64,000 nucleotides of DNA from Verrucomicrobiota bacterium (GTDB lineage Bacteria; Verrucomicrobiota; Verrucomicrobiia; Opitutales; Seribacteraceae), in assembly GCA_027622665.1 (NCBI GenBank), contig JAQBYT010000002.1:96001-160000 (forward strand), given 5' to 3'. Position numbers and translations under genes: made by a program. Every line of letters starts with the position of its first letter. Within the stretch, counting starts at the first letter, position 1. Below, one piece after another: positions 8,497-17,786 of the stretch. The notes below the pieces were generated by a model that worked only from the letters and a program-made list of their open reading frames with translations, was not told where the DNA came from and did no database searches.

Positions 8497-10680
8497 ATGA
8501 TCTTTTCACGAAGAATGAGATGCCTCCCGGTCTTGCTCGCTCTTGCATGCTGGAGCAAGCCAATTACGGCATATGGTGTTGAGGAAGGGTTTGTGCCCCT
8601 TTCCGGTCATGAATTTCCATCCATGTTCGCGCTTCAGGATCAATGGAATAAGTTTCGGCGGGAGTCATTTCCGAAGGTGGAGGTGATTCAGGCGTTGCTA
8701 AAAAAAGATGCCGCGGGTGGTCACGTCGTACCGGTAAGTGAATCGACGCACAGATCGGTTTGGGTAATTGTCAACCGCTGGCTGAAGGATCATCCCGAAA
8801 CATTGGTTGCATTGCGGGCGCGACAGAATGTGGCTGCACCGGCTAAATTATTGATGGCTAAACGGACTGGAGAACCTGATGAGTTATTAAGGCTTTGCCG
8901 GACCTACCCATGGGCGGATGCGGTCCATCACTTGCAGACCGATACTGCCGAGCTGGCACTGCGCAACGGCCATCCGCAGCTTGCTCTTCGATGGTTTGAA
9001 GATGTACTTGAACGAAGTGAGAAGGCAGAGCTTCGTTCTCGGGCGCAGGCTGGGTTGTGGTTGTCGGTTGCCCATTCCACTGACTCAGCCGACAGTATCC
9101 GCACGATGCTTCAGGGCATCGATCCATCCTTGCGCTATCCGTGGTTCGGCCGGCACCTTTCTGCAAAGGAAATCGAAGCGAGACTTCTCACCGGAATAAA
9201 GCCGGCTCAACCGTTTCCGGATCTCAATGATCTAAGCCTGCGCACGCTTCAGCTTCCGGACGATCCGCCATGGATTGGAGCGAAGTCTGGAATGCATCCA
9301 ACCGGACATGAGCTGGTGTTCCGTCACAAAGTGCATCCAGTTCGTTGTGACCAGGGTACGGTGGTGGCTGCACCTTGTTTAGTCGCTTGGTATGATGGCG
9401 ACGAGTTGGACCGCCCCGCATGGAGCAAAATCGCCACTTTGGATATTTCGCATGGTTCCAGCCTTTTGCCGAGAGCGCCTTTTGATCCCTTGAGCGCAGG
9501 CGGGCGGATTTATGTCCGGGGAGCAAGCGATCTGGCTCCGGCTGACAAGAAAAGGACGCGCAATGCGAAAGAGGCCCGGCTTCATATTGGCCATCTGGAT
9601 CAAATTGTAGCATTCGATCAACGTTCAGGGAAACGCATTTGGTCAACTGCGGATGATCCGGCCTGGTCCAAGCTGTTTGCCGTCAATGCTCCTGTATATT
9701 GTGATGGTAGGCTCTATATGTTGGCGATGCATAAATGGGGTGGGCCAGTTTTGATAGGAGGGAATGCACCAGTTTTTCTTGTTATTGCTGATGCCAGGAC
9801 AGGTCGGCTTTTACGAAAAAGGGAACTGGTTGCTTATAAATCCAAATTGCAAGGCACGACAAACATTACGCCGCGGCCGCCAAGAATACCTCGAAAGCTC
9901 GACCTCTCAGCAGGTGCTGTAGATCGCGGCGAGTTTTTTCCACACATTGACCAGAGTAAGTATGGAAATCGCCAGACAATTCATGATGGTGCCGTCTACT
10001 CATTAACCGCGATGGGAGCTGCTGCTCGCTGTGATGTACGCGACGGGCTTATTGAGTGGGTTGTTACGTACCCACAGATTGTGATGAATTCCGTGGGAGT
10101 GCGTGTGCCACACGGATGGACGCACCAGTGGGACGCCCCCTATATCATCAGGCGGCGGCATTCGATTGCTCCGTTGGTCAGCGATAAGGTGGTGGTGTTT
10201 TCCCCGCTGGACACAGTTGCCGTATTCGCCGTCGATACGGAGACAGGCGATAAGTTGTGGCAGAAGATCGAGATCGATGATGCCGCTACGAATGAACGGG
10301 GAAAAGAGGCTGCCCAAGGGCCCGTCGATCAGCATTTTCAGGACGGGTCGTTGGAAGCTTTGGGGTTGATCGCCGACTCCGTACTAGTGGCCTTCGACCG
10401 CAAGATAGCGGCTCTCGATGTGTCGACGGGCAAGGTTCGTTGGGCACTCGCCCTTGACGGAGTCGTCGAGAGACCGATCAAGATAGTTGGTGGAACAATC
10501 TATCTGGCCACGGGGATCGACCTTTTTCAGATCGATGGCACGACAGGCAAGGTTCTCGCCAAGCGAGCCCTGACTAAACTTCGAACGGACAACGGTTTTG
10601 TTTTTGACGAAAAGGGGCTGGTTGTCGTGTTGCCGGGTAAGCGCGGTATTACCAGTTACGATCTGCTTGAGGAACTTTGA
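8497..10680 (+). CDS. Secreted PQQ-binding-like beta-propeller protein, paralog 2 of 1788..4007
   Basis: Collinear similarity with 1788..4007 (GHEFPxMFAL, LPDDPPW, PAWSKIAT, DLAPADKKRT, DGSLE, GFVFD). Confidence 0.8.
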   Translation: MIFSRRMRCLPVLLALACWSKPITAYGVEEGFVPLSGHEFPSMFALQDQWNKFRRESFPKVEVIQALLKKDAAGGHVVPVSESTHRSVWVIVNRWLKDHPETLVALRARQNVAAPAKLLMAKRTGEPDELLRLCRTYPWADAVHHLQTDTAELALRNGHPQLALRWFEDVLERSEKAELRSRAQAGLWLSVAHSTDSADSIRTMLQGIDPSLRYPWFGRHLSAKEIEARLLTGIKPAQPFPDLNDLSLRTLQLPDDPPWIGAKSGMHPTGHELVFRHKVHPVRCDQGTVVAAPCLVAWYDGDELDRPAWSKIATLDISHGSSLLPRAPFDPLSAGGRIYVRGASDLAPADKKRTRNAKEARLHIGHLDQIVAFDQRSGKRIWSTADDPAWSKLFAVNAPVYCDGRLYMLAMHKWGGPVLIGGNAPVFLVIADARTGRLLRKRELVAYKSKLQGTTNITPRPPRIPRKLDLSAGAVDRGEFFPHIDQSKYGNRQTIHDGAVYSLTAMGAAARCDVRDGLIEWVVTYPQIVMNSVGVRVPHGWTHQWDAPYIIRRRHSIAPLVSDKVVVFSPLDTVAVFAVDTETGDKLWQKIEIDDAATNERGKEAAQGPVDQHFQDGSLEALGLIADSVLVAFDRKIAALDVSTGKVRWALALDGVVERPIKIVGGTIYLATGIDLFQIDGTTGKVLAKRALTKLRTDNGFVFDEKGLVVVLPGKRGITSYDLLEEL

Positions 10681-10727
10681 TGAGTGGTTTAATAATCCGA
10701 CGAGAGGTAATTAATGAAAATCCCAGT

Positions 10728-11714
10728 ATGAAACAAAACTTTTTTAAAACCATTTTGGCCTGCTTTGGTGCCTTGATTTGTGTGCAAGGCCTTTTTGCGC
10801 AAGGGACCGGAGTTGCTGATCTCACGCCGGCGGTTGAAGAGGCAATCGATCGGGGGCTAAACTATCTGGCCGAGACGCAGAAGGAGGACGGCAGTTGGAG
10901 CGATGGTAATAAAGTCGCCTATACGGCGCTATCACTGATTGCTTTCATGGTTAAGGGGGACATGCCTGAACAACCGCCGCACGGCGATAAAATGTCCAAA
11001 GCCTTGGACTATCTTCTCAAGCACTCAGCCGAAGGTAGAAGAGGCTTCATGGGGACGACGATGTACGAGCACGCGTTTGCGACGCTGGCCCTTTCTGAAG
11101 TCTGGGGAATGAGCGGACGTGACAAGGATGTCCGTCAAGCACTTTTGAGCGGCGTCGACTTGATTGTTCGATCTCAGGGCCAAAATGGTGCGTGGACATA
11201 CAATCCCAGTCCGTCCCCTAGTTTTGGTGACATCTCTGTGACCGGCGCACAATTGGTGGCGCTGGCTTCAGCGAAGGAGGCCGGCATGTTCGTGCCGACG
11301 GAAACGATAGACAGGGCGATGAAGTTCATTAAGTTCTGCCACCACAAGGAACTTGGTAGTTTTGGATATAAAGGCCCGGGCGTGGGTTACGCGCGAACGG
11401 CTCTGGGATTGACCTCACTTATCATGTGCGGTCAGCGGGATGATCCTGCCGTCGCAGCGGGACTGAAATGGCTGCAAGCGAACGCAGACTACAAGGAACC
11501 ACATGGGAACCAGCTTTACAGTCGTTACTATGGCGGGATGGCATTGTTTCAGGCTGGTGATGAGCAGTTTAATGCTTTTTATGAACCATTATGCGACAAT
11601 ATACTGAAGACACAAAAGAATGACGGTAACTTTCACGGCGGGGCAGTCTCCCAGCAACTCTCAATCTTGATTCTGGGCACGCCATATCGATTTATCCCGA
11701 TTTATCAGAGATGA
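10728..11714 (+). CDS. Secreted prenyltransferase/squalene oxidase repeat protein, paralog 2 (ORF open from 10677)
   Basis: QKEDGSW, MYEHAFATLA, GDISVT, C-terminal PYRFIPIYQR identical to paralog 1; signal peptide from M at 10728. Confidence 0.85.
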   Translation: MKQNFFKTILACFGALICVQGLFAQGTGVADLTPAVEEAIDRGLNYLAETQKEDGSWSDGNKVAYTALSLIAFMVKGDMPEQPPHGDKMSKALDYLLKHSAEGRRGFMGTTMYEHAFATLALSEVWGMSGRDKDVRQALLSGVDLIVRSQGQNGAWTYNPSPSPSFGDISVTGAQLVALASAKEAGMFVPTETIDRAMKFIKFCHHKELGSFGYKGPGVGYARTALGLTSLIMCGQRDDPAVAAGLKWLQANADYKEPHGNQLYSRYYGGMALFQAGDEQFNAFYEPLCDNILKTQKNDGNFHGGAVSQQLSILILGTPYRFIPIYQR

Positions 11715-11718
11715 ATTT

Positions 11719-13029
11719 ATGAAATCACAATCGTCAGGTCTCTACATCCTTCCGCGAATTTGCGTGTTTGCAATGATCGCCAATTTACTTGCCGGCTCAG
11801 TCGTCTTCGAGGCCGAAGAACCACTGAAGCGAATCTTGGTTTGGGATACCAAGGCTTTGTTTGAAGCACCAAAGGTGCACGAGACCAAGGAGCGTCCCGC
11901 CAAGGGGATGCGTTCTTTTTTCTATGAGGGTGCGGATTACAAAGGTAAGCCGACTCGGGTCTTCGCCTACTACGCGACCCCGACAGGGGAGAAACCCGAA
12001 GGCGGATGGCCAGCCGTGGTGTGCGCCCACGGCGGAGGCGGAACGGCCTTTCCTGAGTGGGTGAAGTATTGGAATAAAAAGGGCTATGCGGCGATCGCTA
12101 TGGATTTGGAAGGTCATCTGCCCGGCGGGCGTTCACACCATGTGGAGGGTAATTTCCCAGTCGGGGTAGGGCACCCTCGGGCTGGTCCTTCAAGGGTCGA
12201 CTGGTTCGGCGACCGAGGGTTGCCGGACAATGAGCAATGGTTCTATCATGCGGTTGCCGATGTCATCCGGGCAAACTCCCTCCTGCGCTCGTTTCCGGAA
12301 ATCAATGCGAAGAAGGTCGGGTTGACCGGGATTTCCTGGGGAGGCACTGTCGCCAGTTCAGTTGCCGGGGTCGATTCGCGGTTTGCCTTCGCCATTCCCG
12401 TCTATGGTGGCGGTTACATCCATAAGAGCGATAATGAGGGACTCGCCCAATGGTTTCCCCCGAAGAACATGACCGCGGTTCAATATAAAGACTATCGCTC
12501 AAAGTGGGACCCTTCCGCTCATTTACCTCATGCCAGGATGCCCATGCTATGGGTGACTTCGGTCGCCGACCCCGTTTTCCAAATCGATATATTCGCCAAG
12601 TCCACGCAAACAGCCACAGGTGACAGTCGCTTGTGCATGCGCCCCTGGATGATCCATGCACACGGGAACGGATGGAACGATGCTCCTGAAATCGGGCAGT
12701 TCGCAGACAGCATAGTCAAAGGCGGTCCGGCCCTGCCGAAGCTGCATCGACCGGACATCAAGCCAGGCTCCCGCATCGTACACACCAAGTACGAGGGCAA
12801 GGGCAAGTTTACCGAGGCTTGGATCTACTTCACGAATTCCGGAGGCAAATGGAAGAATCGAAAATGGCATTTCATTCAGTGCTCCATCAAGGACAGCGAG
12901 CTTGTTTCTCAAAAGTCTCTCCCCAAGGACGCAACCGCCTTTATGGTCTATGTTTTTCGTGACAGGGGAGGATACCGAGACAATCATGCCGCATCCGATT
13001 TGGTCGAAATTGAAACCCTTGAAAAGTAG
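11719..13029 (+). CDS. Secreted alpha/beta hydrolase (acetylxylan-esterase/peptidase S9-like), paralog 1
   Basis: HGGGG oxyanion motif, GISWGG nucleophile elbow, candidate Asp (ADPVF) and His (HAH). Confidence 0.8.
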   Translation: MKSQSSGLYILPRICVFAMIANLLAGSVVFEAEEPLKRILVWDTKALFEAPKVHETKERPAKGMRSFFYEGADYKGKPTRVFAYYATPTGEKPEGGWPAVVCAHGGGGTAFPEWVKYWNKKGYAAIAMDLEGHLPGGRSHHVEGNFPVGVGHPRAGPSRVDWFGDRGLPDNEQWFYHAVADVIRANSLLRSFPEINAKKVGLTGISWGGTVASSVAGVDSRFAFAIPVYGGGYIHKSDNEGLAQWFPPKNMTAVQYKDYRSKWDPSAHLPHARMPMLWVTSVADPVFQIDIFAKSTQTATGDSRLCMRPWMIHAHGNGWNDAPEIGQFADSIVKGGPALPKLHRPDIKPGSRIVHTKYEGKGKFTEAWIYFTNSGGKWKNRKWHFIQCSIKDSELVSQKSLPKDATAFMVYVFRDRGGYRDNHAASDLVEIETLEK

Positions 13030-13050
13030 AGCAACCACCCACCCATTCAA

Positions 13051-14292
13051 ATGTCAAAACATCATCGTGCCGTAGGAATCACCAGGTTGATTCCAGTAAT
13101 TGTATTTCTCTCAATTGCTACAATGAAGTTAGTTGCTGAGAAGGGGGAACGAATTTTAGTTTGGGATACCAAGGCATTATTTGGTGAACCGGCGATTCAC
13201 GAAACAAGCGAAAGGCCTGCCAGGGGGATGCGTTCGTTTTTTTACGAGGGCGCGGATTATAAAGGCAAGCCGACCCGGGTGTTCGCCTACTACGCGACCC
13301 CGACAGGGGAGAAACCCGAAGGCGGATGGCCCGCCGTGGTGTGCGCTCACGGTGGTGGTGGGACGGCTTTTCCTGCATGGGTGGCTCATTGGAATAAAAA
13401 AGGTTATGCAGCCATAGCAATGGACTTGGAAGGCCATTTGCCTGGAGGAAATTATTTTGGCGTAGGAGGAAGTTTTCCGCTTAATGTCGGGCATGAAAAC
13501 GCCGGGCCGAAACGTATCGGTTGGTTTGGCGACATTGCTTTGCCGGACAAGGAACAGTGGTTCTATCACGCGGTGGCGGACGTGGTTAGAGCCCATTCAT
13601 TATTGAGATCCTTCCCGGATATCAACGTGGACAAAATCGGACTGACCGGCATTTCATGGGGAGGTACGATTGTGAGTGCAGTGGCAGGAGTTGATTCGCG
13701 ACTCGCCTTTGTCATCCCTGTATATGGAGGCGGTTACATCCATAAGCATGATATGACACCTGACCAGTATCGTGAATATTTGGTCAAGTGGGATCCGTCG
13801 GCTCATTTACCTTTCGCAAAGATGCCGATGCTATGGGTGAACGGAGTGAACGAACCTGTTTTTCCACTCGATGGATTCAGCAGGTCCGCAGGGGATGCCG
13901 GAGGCACCAGTATCTTGTGTATACGCCCCTTTTTACCTCATGGACATGGATTCGGCTGGGAGGAAGTATGGGAAATTGGTGGCTTTGCCAATGGCGTTGT
14001 CAAAGGTGGAGTGCCTATGCCCCGTTTTGAGCGTCCAAGAATCGATCCGACAGACGGTCTGGTGCATATGAAGTATTCAGGCCAGTTAAAGAATGCCTCC
14101 CTTGGTTTTACGAAGGTTAAAGAATGGAAAAACCAAGCGTTGCAATCCATTCCGTGCAGAATCGGAAAAGACGAAATTATTGCACAGAAACCTCTGCCCG
14201 AAGGTACAACTGCATTCATGATAAATGCCAGGGCCGCCGGGGTCTGGGGCGATGGATGCATAAACTCCATACTGGTTGCGCCGAATCCCTAG
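13051..14292 (+). CDS. Secreted alpha/beta hydrolase, tandem paralog 2
   Basis: HGGGG, GISWGG, HGH; collinear with 11719..13029. Confidence 0.8.
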   Translation: MSKHHRAVGITRLIPVIVFLSIATMKLVAEKGERILVWDTKALFGEPAIHETSERPARGMRSFFYEGADYKGKPTRVFAYYATPTGEKPEGGWPAVVCAHGGGGTAFPAWVAHWNKKGYAAIAMDLEGHLPGGNYFGVGGSFPLNVGHENAGPKRIGWFGDIALPDKEQWFYHAVADVVRAHSLLRSFPDINVDKIGLTGISWGGTIVSAVAGVDSRLAFVIPVYGGGYIHKHDMTPDQYREYLVKWDPSAHLPFAKMPMLWVNGVNEPVFPLDGFSRSAGDAGGTSILCIRPFLPHGHGFGWEEVWEIGGFANGVVKGGVPMPRFERPRIDPTDGLVHMKYSGQLKNASLGFTKVKEWKNQALQSIPCRIGKDEIIAQKPLPEGTTAFMINARAAGVWGDGCINSILVAPNP

Positions 14293-14362
14293 TTGATATT
14301 GATTTGTCCTTCTATCCCTCTTCGTTCAGCAAGAACAAAAAAATCGTAAAATAGAATTTAAA

Positions 14363-15184
14363 ATGAGCACAAAAAAGATCGTCCTTGCAGGGCTTTTTCT
14401 TGGTTGCGGATGGCCTCTGCTGTGGGGAGTTGAAGAGCTCAAAGTGGAGGGAGAAAAACCCCAGACTTTCCTTTTTCTGGGAGATAGTATTACACGGGCG
14501 GGAGGATACGTGCGCGCCATTGCCACTGAACTGGGAAAACAGAACCCGACCAATCCACCCAGGGTCATTAACCATGGCCGAAACAGTGAAACGATTTCTA
14601 ACCTCAGTGAATCCTATCACCCCGCACCTCTTCCCCGCCTTGATCAGGAACTTGCTGCGGCCAAACCTGACTGGCTCGTCGCCTGTTATGGAATCAACTG
14701 CGGTATCTATCATCCCTTCAATGAAAAGCGCTTGGCTGCTTATCAGGCCGGGATTGAAATCCTAATAAAGAAGGCGCAGGCCAGCGGTAGTCAGTTGATT
14801 TTACTTACTCCGCCGCCTTACGCGAAAGATGGTCCGCCATTGCCTGATGGCATCAGCAAGACGGTTGGCGAAAAACTGCTGTCCAAGGCAAATGCGGAAG
14901 CGGAACTGGAAGCCGAGAAGAATCCAAACAAGTTCGGCTACCGAACGCCCTATGCATACTATGATCGGGTCATGGCCCGCTATGCCGATTGGTTGCTAAC
15001 CCTTGACGGTCGCAAGAATCTCTGGGTCATTGATATACGTGGGCCGATGCTTGCCGGGAGCGCAGAGACCCATGGTCGAGATCCAATACACCCCAATGGT
15101 CGCGGTCACCTCATTATGGCAGAGGCGTTTTTGAAAAAGTGGCCGATGGTCAAGGCGTCAGCCGAAAAGGCATCGAAGGAATAA
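14363..15184 (+). CDS. SGNH/GDSL family hydrolase, secreted
   Basis: FLGDSIT block I, YGIN block III, DPIHPN block V. Confidence 0.85.
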   Translation: MSTKKIVLAGLFLGCGWPLLWGVEELKVEGEKPQTFLFLGDSITRAGGYVRAIATELGKQNPTNPPRVINHGRNSETISNLSESYHPAPLPRLDQELAAAKPDWLVACYGINCGIYHPFNEKRLAAYQAGIEILIKKAQASGSQLILLTPPPYAKDGPPLPDGISKTVGEKLLSKANAEAELEAEKNPNKFGYRTPYAYYDRVMARYADWLLTLDGRKNLWVIDIRGPMLAGSAETHGRDPIHPNGRGHLIMAEAFLKKWPMVKASAEKASKE

Positions 15185-15318
15185 CCATGATCAAGTTCAA
15201 GTCAGCAGCTCGATCCGGAGGAATACCTGCCCGGAGTCGAGATTCTGTTGGATTTCCGTTGGTTGCCGTACCCCGTACTCCCACTTCCGTGTCTCACCCG
15301 GATGATTGGGAATCGTAA

Positions 15319-16437
15319 ATGTCTAATTCTTACGACGTAATTGTTGTTGGTGTCGGCGCCGTGGGCTCGGCTACCTGTTACGACTTGGCCAAGCGAGGAG
15401 TGCGAGTTCTTGGAATCGAGCAATTTTCGGTGCCTCATACCATGGGTGGCTCGCACGGGTTTTCTAGGCAGACCAAGATCGCTCCCTACATCGGTAGTTC
15501 CTACGAGCCTATTATTTTGCGGGCTTATGAATTGTATGCCGAACTTATCGATGAATCGGGCCAGTCCGACCTTATGGTCACCACCGGCTTTCTTGATCTG
15601 GCTCCGCACCGAGACTTCCCGGGCTATAAGCAAAATCTTGGACATTTCGAAGACCTTGAGATTGAGCAAATTCATCAGCGCTTTCCGCAGTTTCAGATTT
15701 CCGAGCCTTATTGGGGCGCCTACGATCCTCAGGGAGCGCTTCTTCGACCTGAGATGGTGATCACCACCAATGTGCGATTGGCCATGCAGCGAGGCGCCCG
15801 GATTATTGGAAACACGAAGGTGCTCGATTGGAGTGCTGACAGTGGTGGGGTCACGGTGCAAACGGATCGTGAGACCTATTCGGCTGAGCGCATTGTCTTT
15901 TGCGCAGGACCGTGGACGGGGAAACTGCTTGGAGCCCTTGGCGTTGCATGCACCGTCACGCGTATGAGCTTCGCCTGGGTCTGGCCACTGCAGGATTTTA
16001 AAGCGTACGAGCCCGAGTCCATGCCTTGTTGGTGTATTGAGGACGAGGATGGCATTTATTACGGCTTTCCAATGATGAATGATGTTCCGGGGTATAAGAT
16101 CGGACTGCATTGGTATGGGGAACCGGTGAACCCGGATCGTTTTGACCGGACTCCCAACGCACATGACGAGGAGTTGATCCGGAAAGGCCTGCGCAGGTAT
16201 TTCCCCGAGGCCAACGGCCCGCTGGTTGGACTGCGTACCTGTCTCTATGACCACACTGCGGACGATGTGCCAATCATCGACGTACATCCCGAGCATGATC
16301 GTGTTGTCATTTGCGGACCCTTGTGCGGCGCCGGCTTTAAGTTTGTTCCGGCGTATGGCGAGGCTGCGGCTGATCTTGCGGTCACAGGTCGCACGGAACT
16401 CCCTATTGACTTTCTTCGTGTCGCCAGACTCTTGTGA
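15319..16437 (+). CDS. solA: Monomeric sarcosine oxidase / N-methyltryptophan oxidase family flavoprotein
   Basis: GVGAVGS FAD motif, GSHG, YYGFP, TCLY (covalent-FAD Cys position), GxGFKF. Confidence 0.8.
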   Translation: MSNSYDVIVVGVGAVGSATCYDLAKRGVRVLGIEQFSVPHTMGGSHGFSRQTKIAPYIGSSYEPIILRAYELYAELIDESGQSDLMVTTGFLDLAPHRDFPGYKQNLGHFEDLEIEQIHQRFPQFQISEPYWGAYDPQGALLRPEMVITTNVRLAMQRGARIIGNTKVLDWSADSGGVTVQTDRETYSAERIVFCAGPWTGKLLGALGVACTVTRMSFAWVWPLQDFKAYEPESMPCWCIEDEDGIYYGFPMMNDVPGYKIGLHWYGEPVNPDRFDRTPNAHDEELIRKGLRRYFPEANGPLVGLRTCLYDHTADDVPIIDVHPEHDRVVICGPLCGAGFKFVPAYGEAAADLAVTGRTELPIDFLRVARLL

Positions 16438-16553
16438 AGGATCTGACATGTCTCCATTAATATTAATACCCTGTATTCAGCCTTGCCCAAAGGATTTCTC
16501 TACGGGCTCCTGGGTGATGATAGGTCTGTAACTCAATCGAAATAGAACTTGAA

Positions 16554-17783
16554 ATGAACATCCCCGAAGAGGAAATGCAGAACATGGGCCCTGCCACGCG
16601 CTCGATTCATTGTGGCGAAGGCGTTGACGCGGAAACCAAGGCCATACGCCGCCCCATAGTCTTGGCGAATAGTTTCGAACTCAATGACGATGCCGATACT
16701 TTGTCTGAATCATTTTTGTGGGAGAATACCCATGCTTACAATTATCCACGTTCCCGGCATCCCAATGCACGTTACCTGGAGGAACGATTGGCAGGAATGG
16801 AAAATGGTGAGGACTGTGTGGTGTTCGCAAGTGGGGTGGCTGCCATTTCGGGAACGTTTTTCAGCCTGCTAAGCGCGGGCGACCACATCATCAGTTCCAG
16901 AATTTGTTACATTGGCATACACGGTCTGCTCAACGAGCATTTGGCAAAACGTTTTGGGGTCGAGGTCTCATTGGTTGACACTTGGGATGCCGACAACGTG
17001 CAGGCGGCCCTTCGGCCCAATACAAAAGTCATCCATATCGAGACTCCCGCCAACCCCACTACCTGTATCAGCGACATCGAAGCCATCGCTCGCATAGCCA
17101 AGAGGGCTTGCGTGATTCTATCGGTGGACAGCACTTTTGCAGGTGTCGTCACACAGGACCCGCTGGCGTTAGGCGCCGATCTGGTGATGCATAGCCTGAC
17201 GAAATACGTCAACGGGCACGGTGACGGGCTCGGCGGTTCGGTGACCGGACGGCAGGATTTAATTACGCGGATTCGAGACGCTGCAAGCGTTCACCTTGGG
17301 GCAACGATCAATCCTTTCAATGCATGGTTGATCATGCGGAGCGCCGCCACATTGCCGCTTCGCATGAAACAACACTGTGAAAACGGCATGCATATCGCTC
17401 GATTTCTTGAGGCGCATCCAAAGGTTTCCTTTGTGCGGTATCCGGGGCTAAAAAGTCATTCTCAGCATGAGCTCGCAAAGAAGCAAATGAATGGTTTCGG
17501 CGGCATGATGAACATTGGCCTGAAGGGCGAATCAGAGAACTACTTTCGGTTTCTCAAGAACCTCAAACTTGTGACCCACGCAGTATGTCTCGGTCATGCG
17601 GAATCACTGGTACAGTATTATCCTCAGGAAGGAGATCGCCCCGAAATCGGTGTCCTCAATTATCCGGAGGATATCGGGGAAGGCTTCCTGCGTCTCAGTG
17701 TGGGGCTTGAGGATGCCGAGGATATCGTGGCGGACCTTCGGCAAGCACTCGATCACGTGGCGCTGCCATCGGAGGATACTTGA
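16554..17783 (+). CDS. PLP-dependent Cys/Met metabolism enzyme (cystathionine gamma-synthase / methionine gamma-lyase family)
   Basis: FASGVAAI, ETPANPT, VDSTF, HSLTKYVNGHGD (PLP Lys), LRLSVGLED. Confidence 0.9.
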   Translation: MNIPEEEMQNMGPATRSIHCGEGVDAETKAIRRPIVLANSFELNDDADTLSESFLWENTHAYNYPRSRHPNARYLEERLAGMENGEDCVVFASGVAAISGTFFSLLSAGDHIISSRICYIGIHGLLNEHLAKRFGVEVSLVDTWDADNVQAALRPNTKVIHIETPANPTTCISDIEAIARIAKRACVILSVDSTFAGVVTQDPLALGADLVMHSLTKYVNGHGDGLGGSVTGRQDLITRIRDAASVHLGATINPFNAWLIMRSAATLPLRMKQHCENGMHIARFLEAHPKVSFVRYPGLKSHSQHELAKKQMNGFGGMMNIGLKGESENYFRFLKNLKLVTHAVCLGHAESLVQYYPQEGDRPEIGVLNYPEDIGEGFLRLSVGLEDAEDIVADLRQALDHVALPSEDT

Positions 17784-17786
17784 TCA

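Noticed and set aside
15202..16449. 415-aa minus-strand ORF opposite solA (likewise 3663..4649, 40402..41382, 51819..52709, 62524..63330)
   Set aside because: Each overlaps a well-supported gene on the other strand and shows no family motifs.
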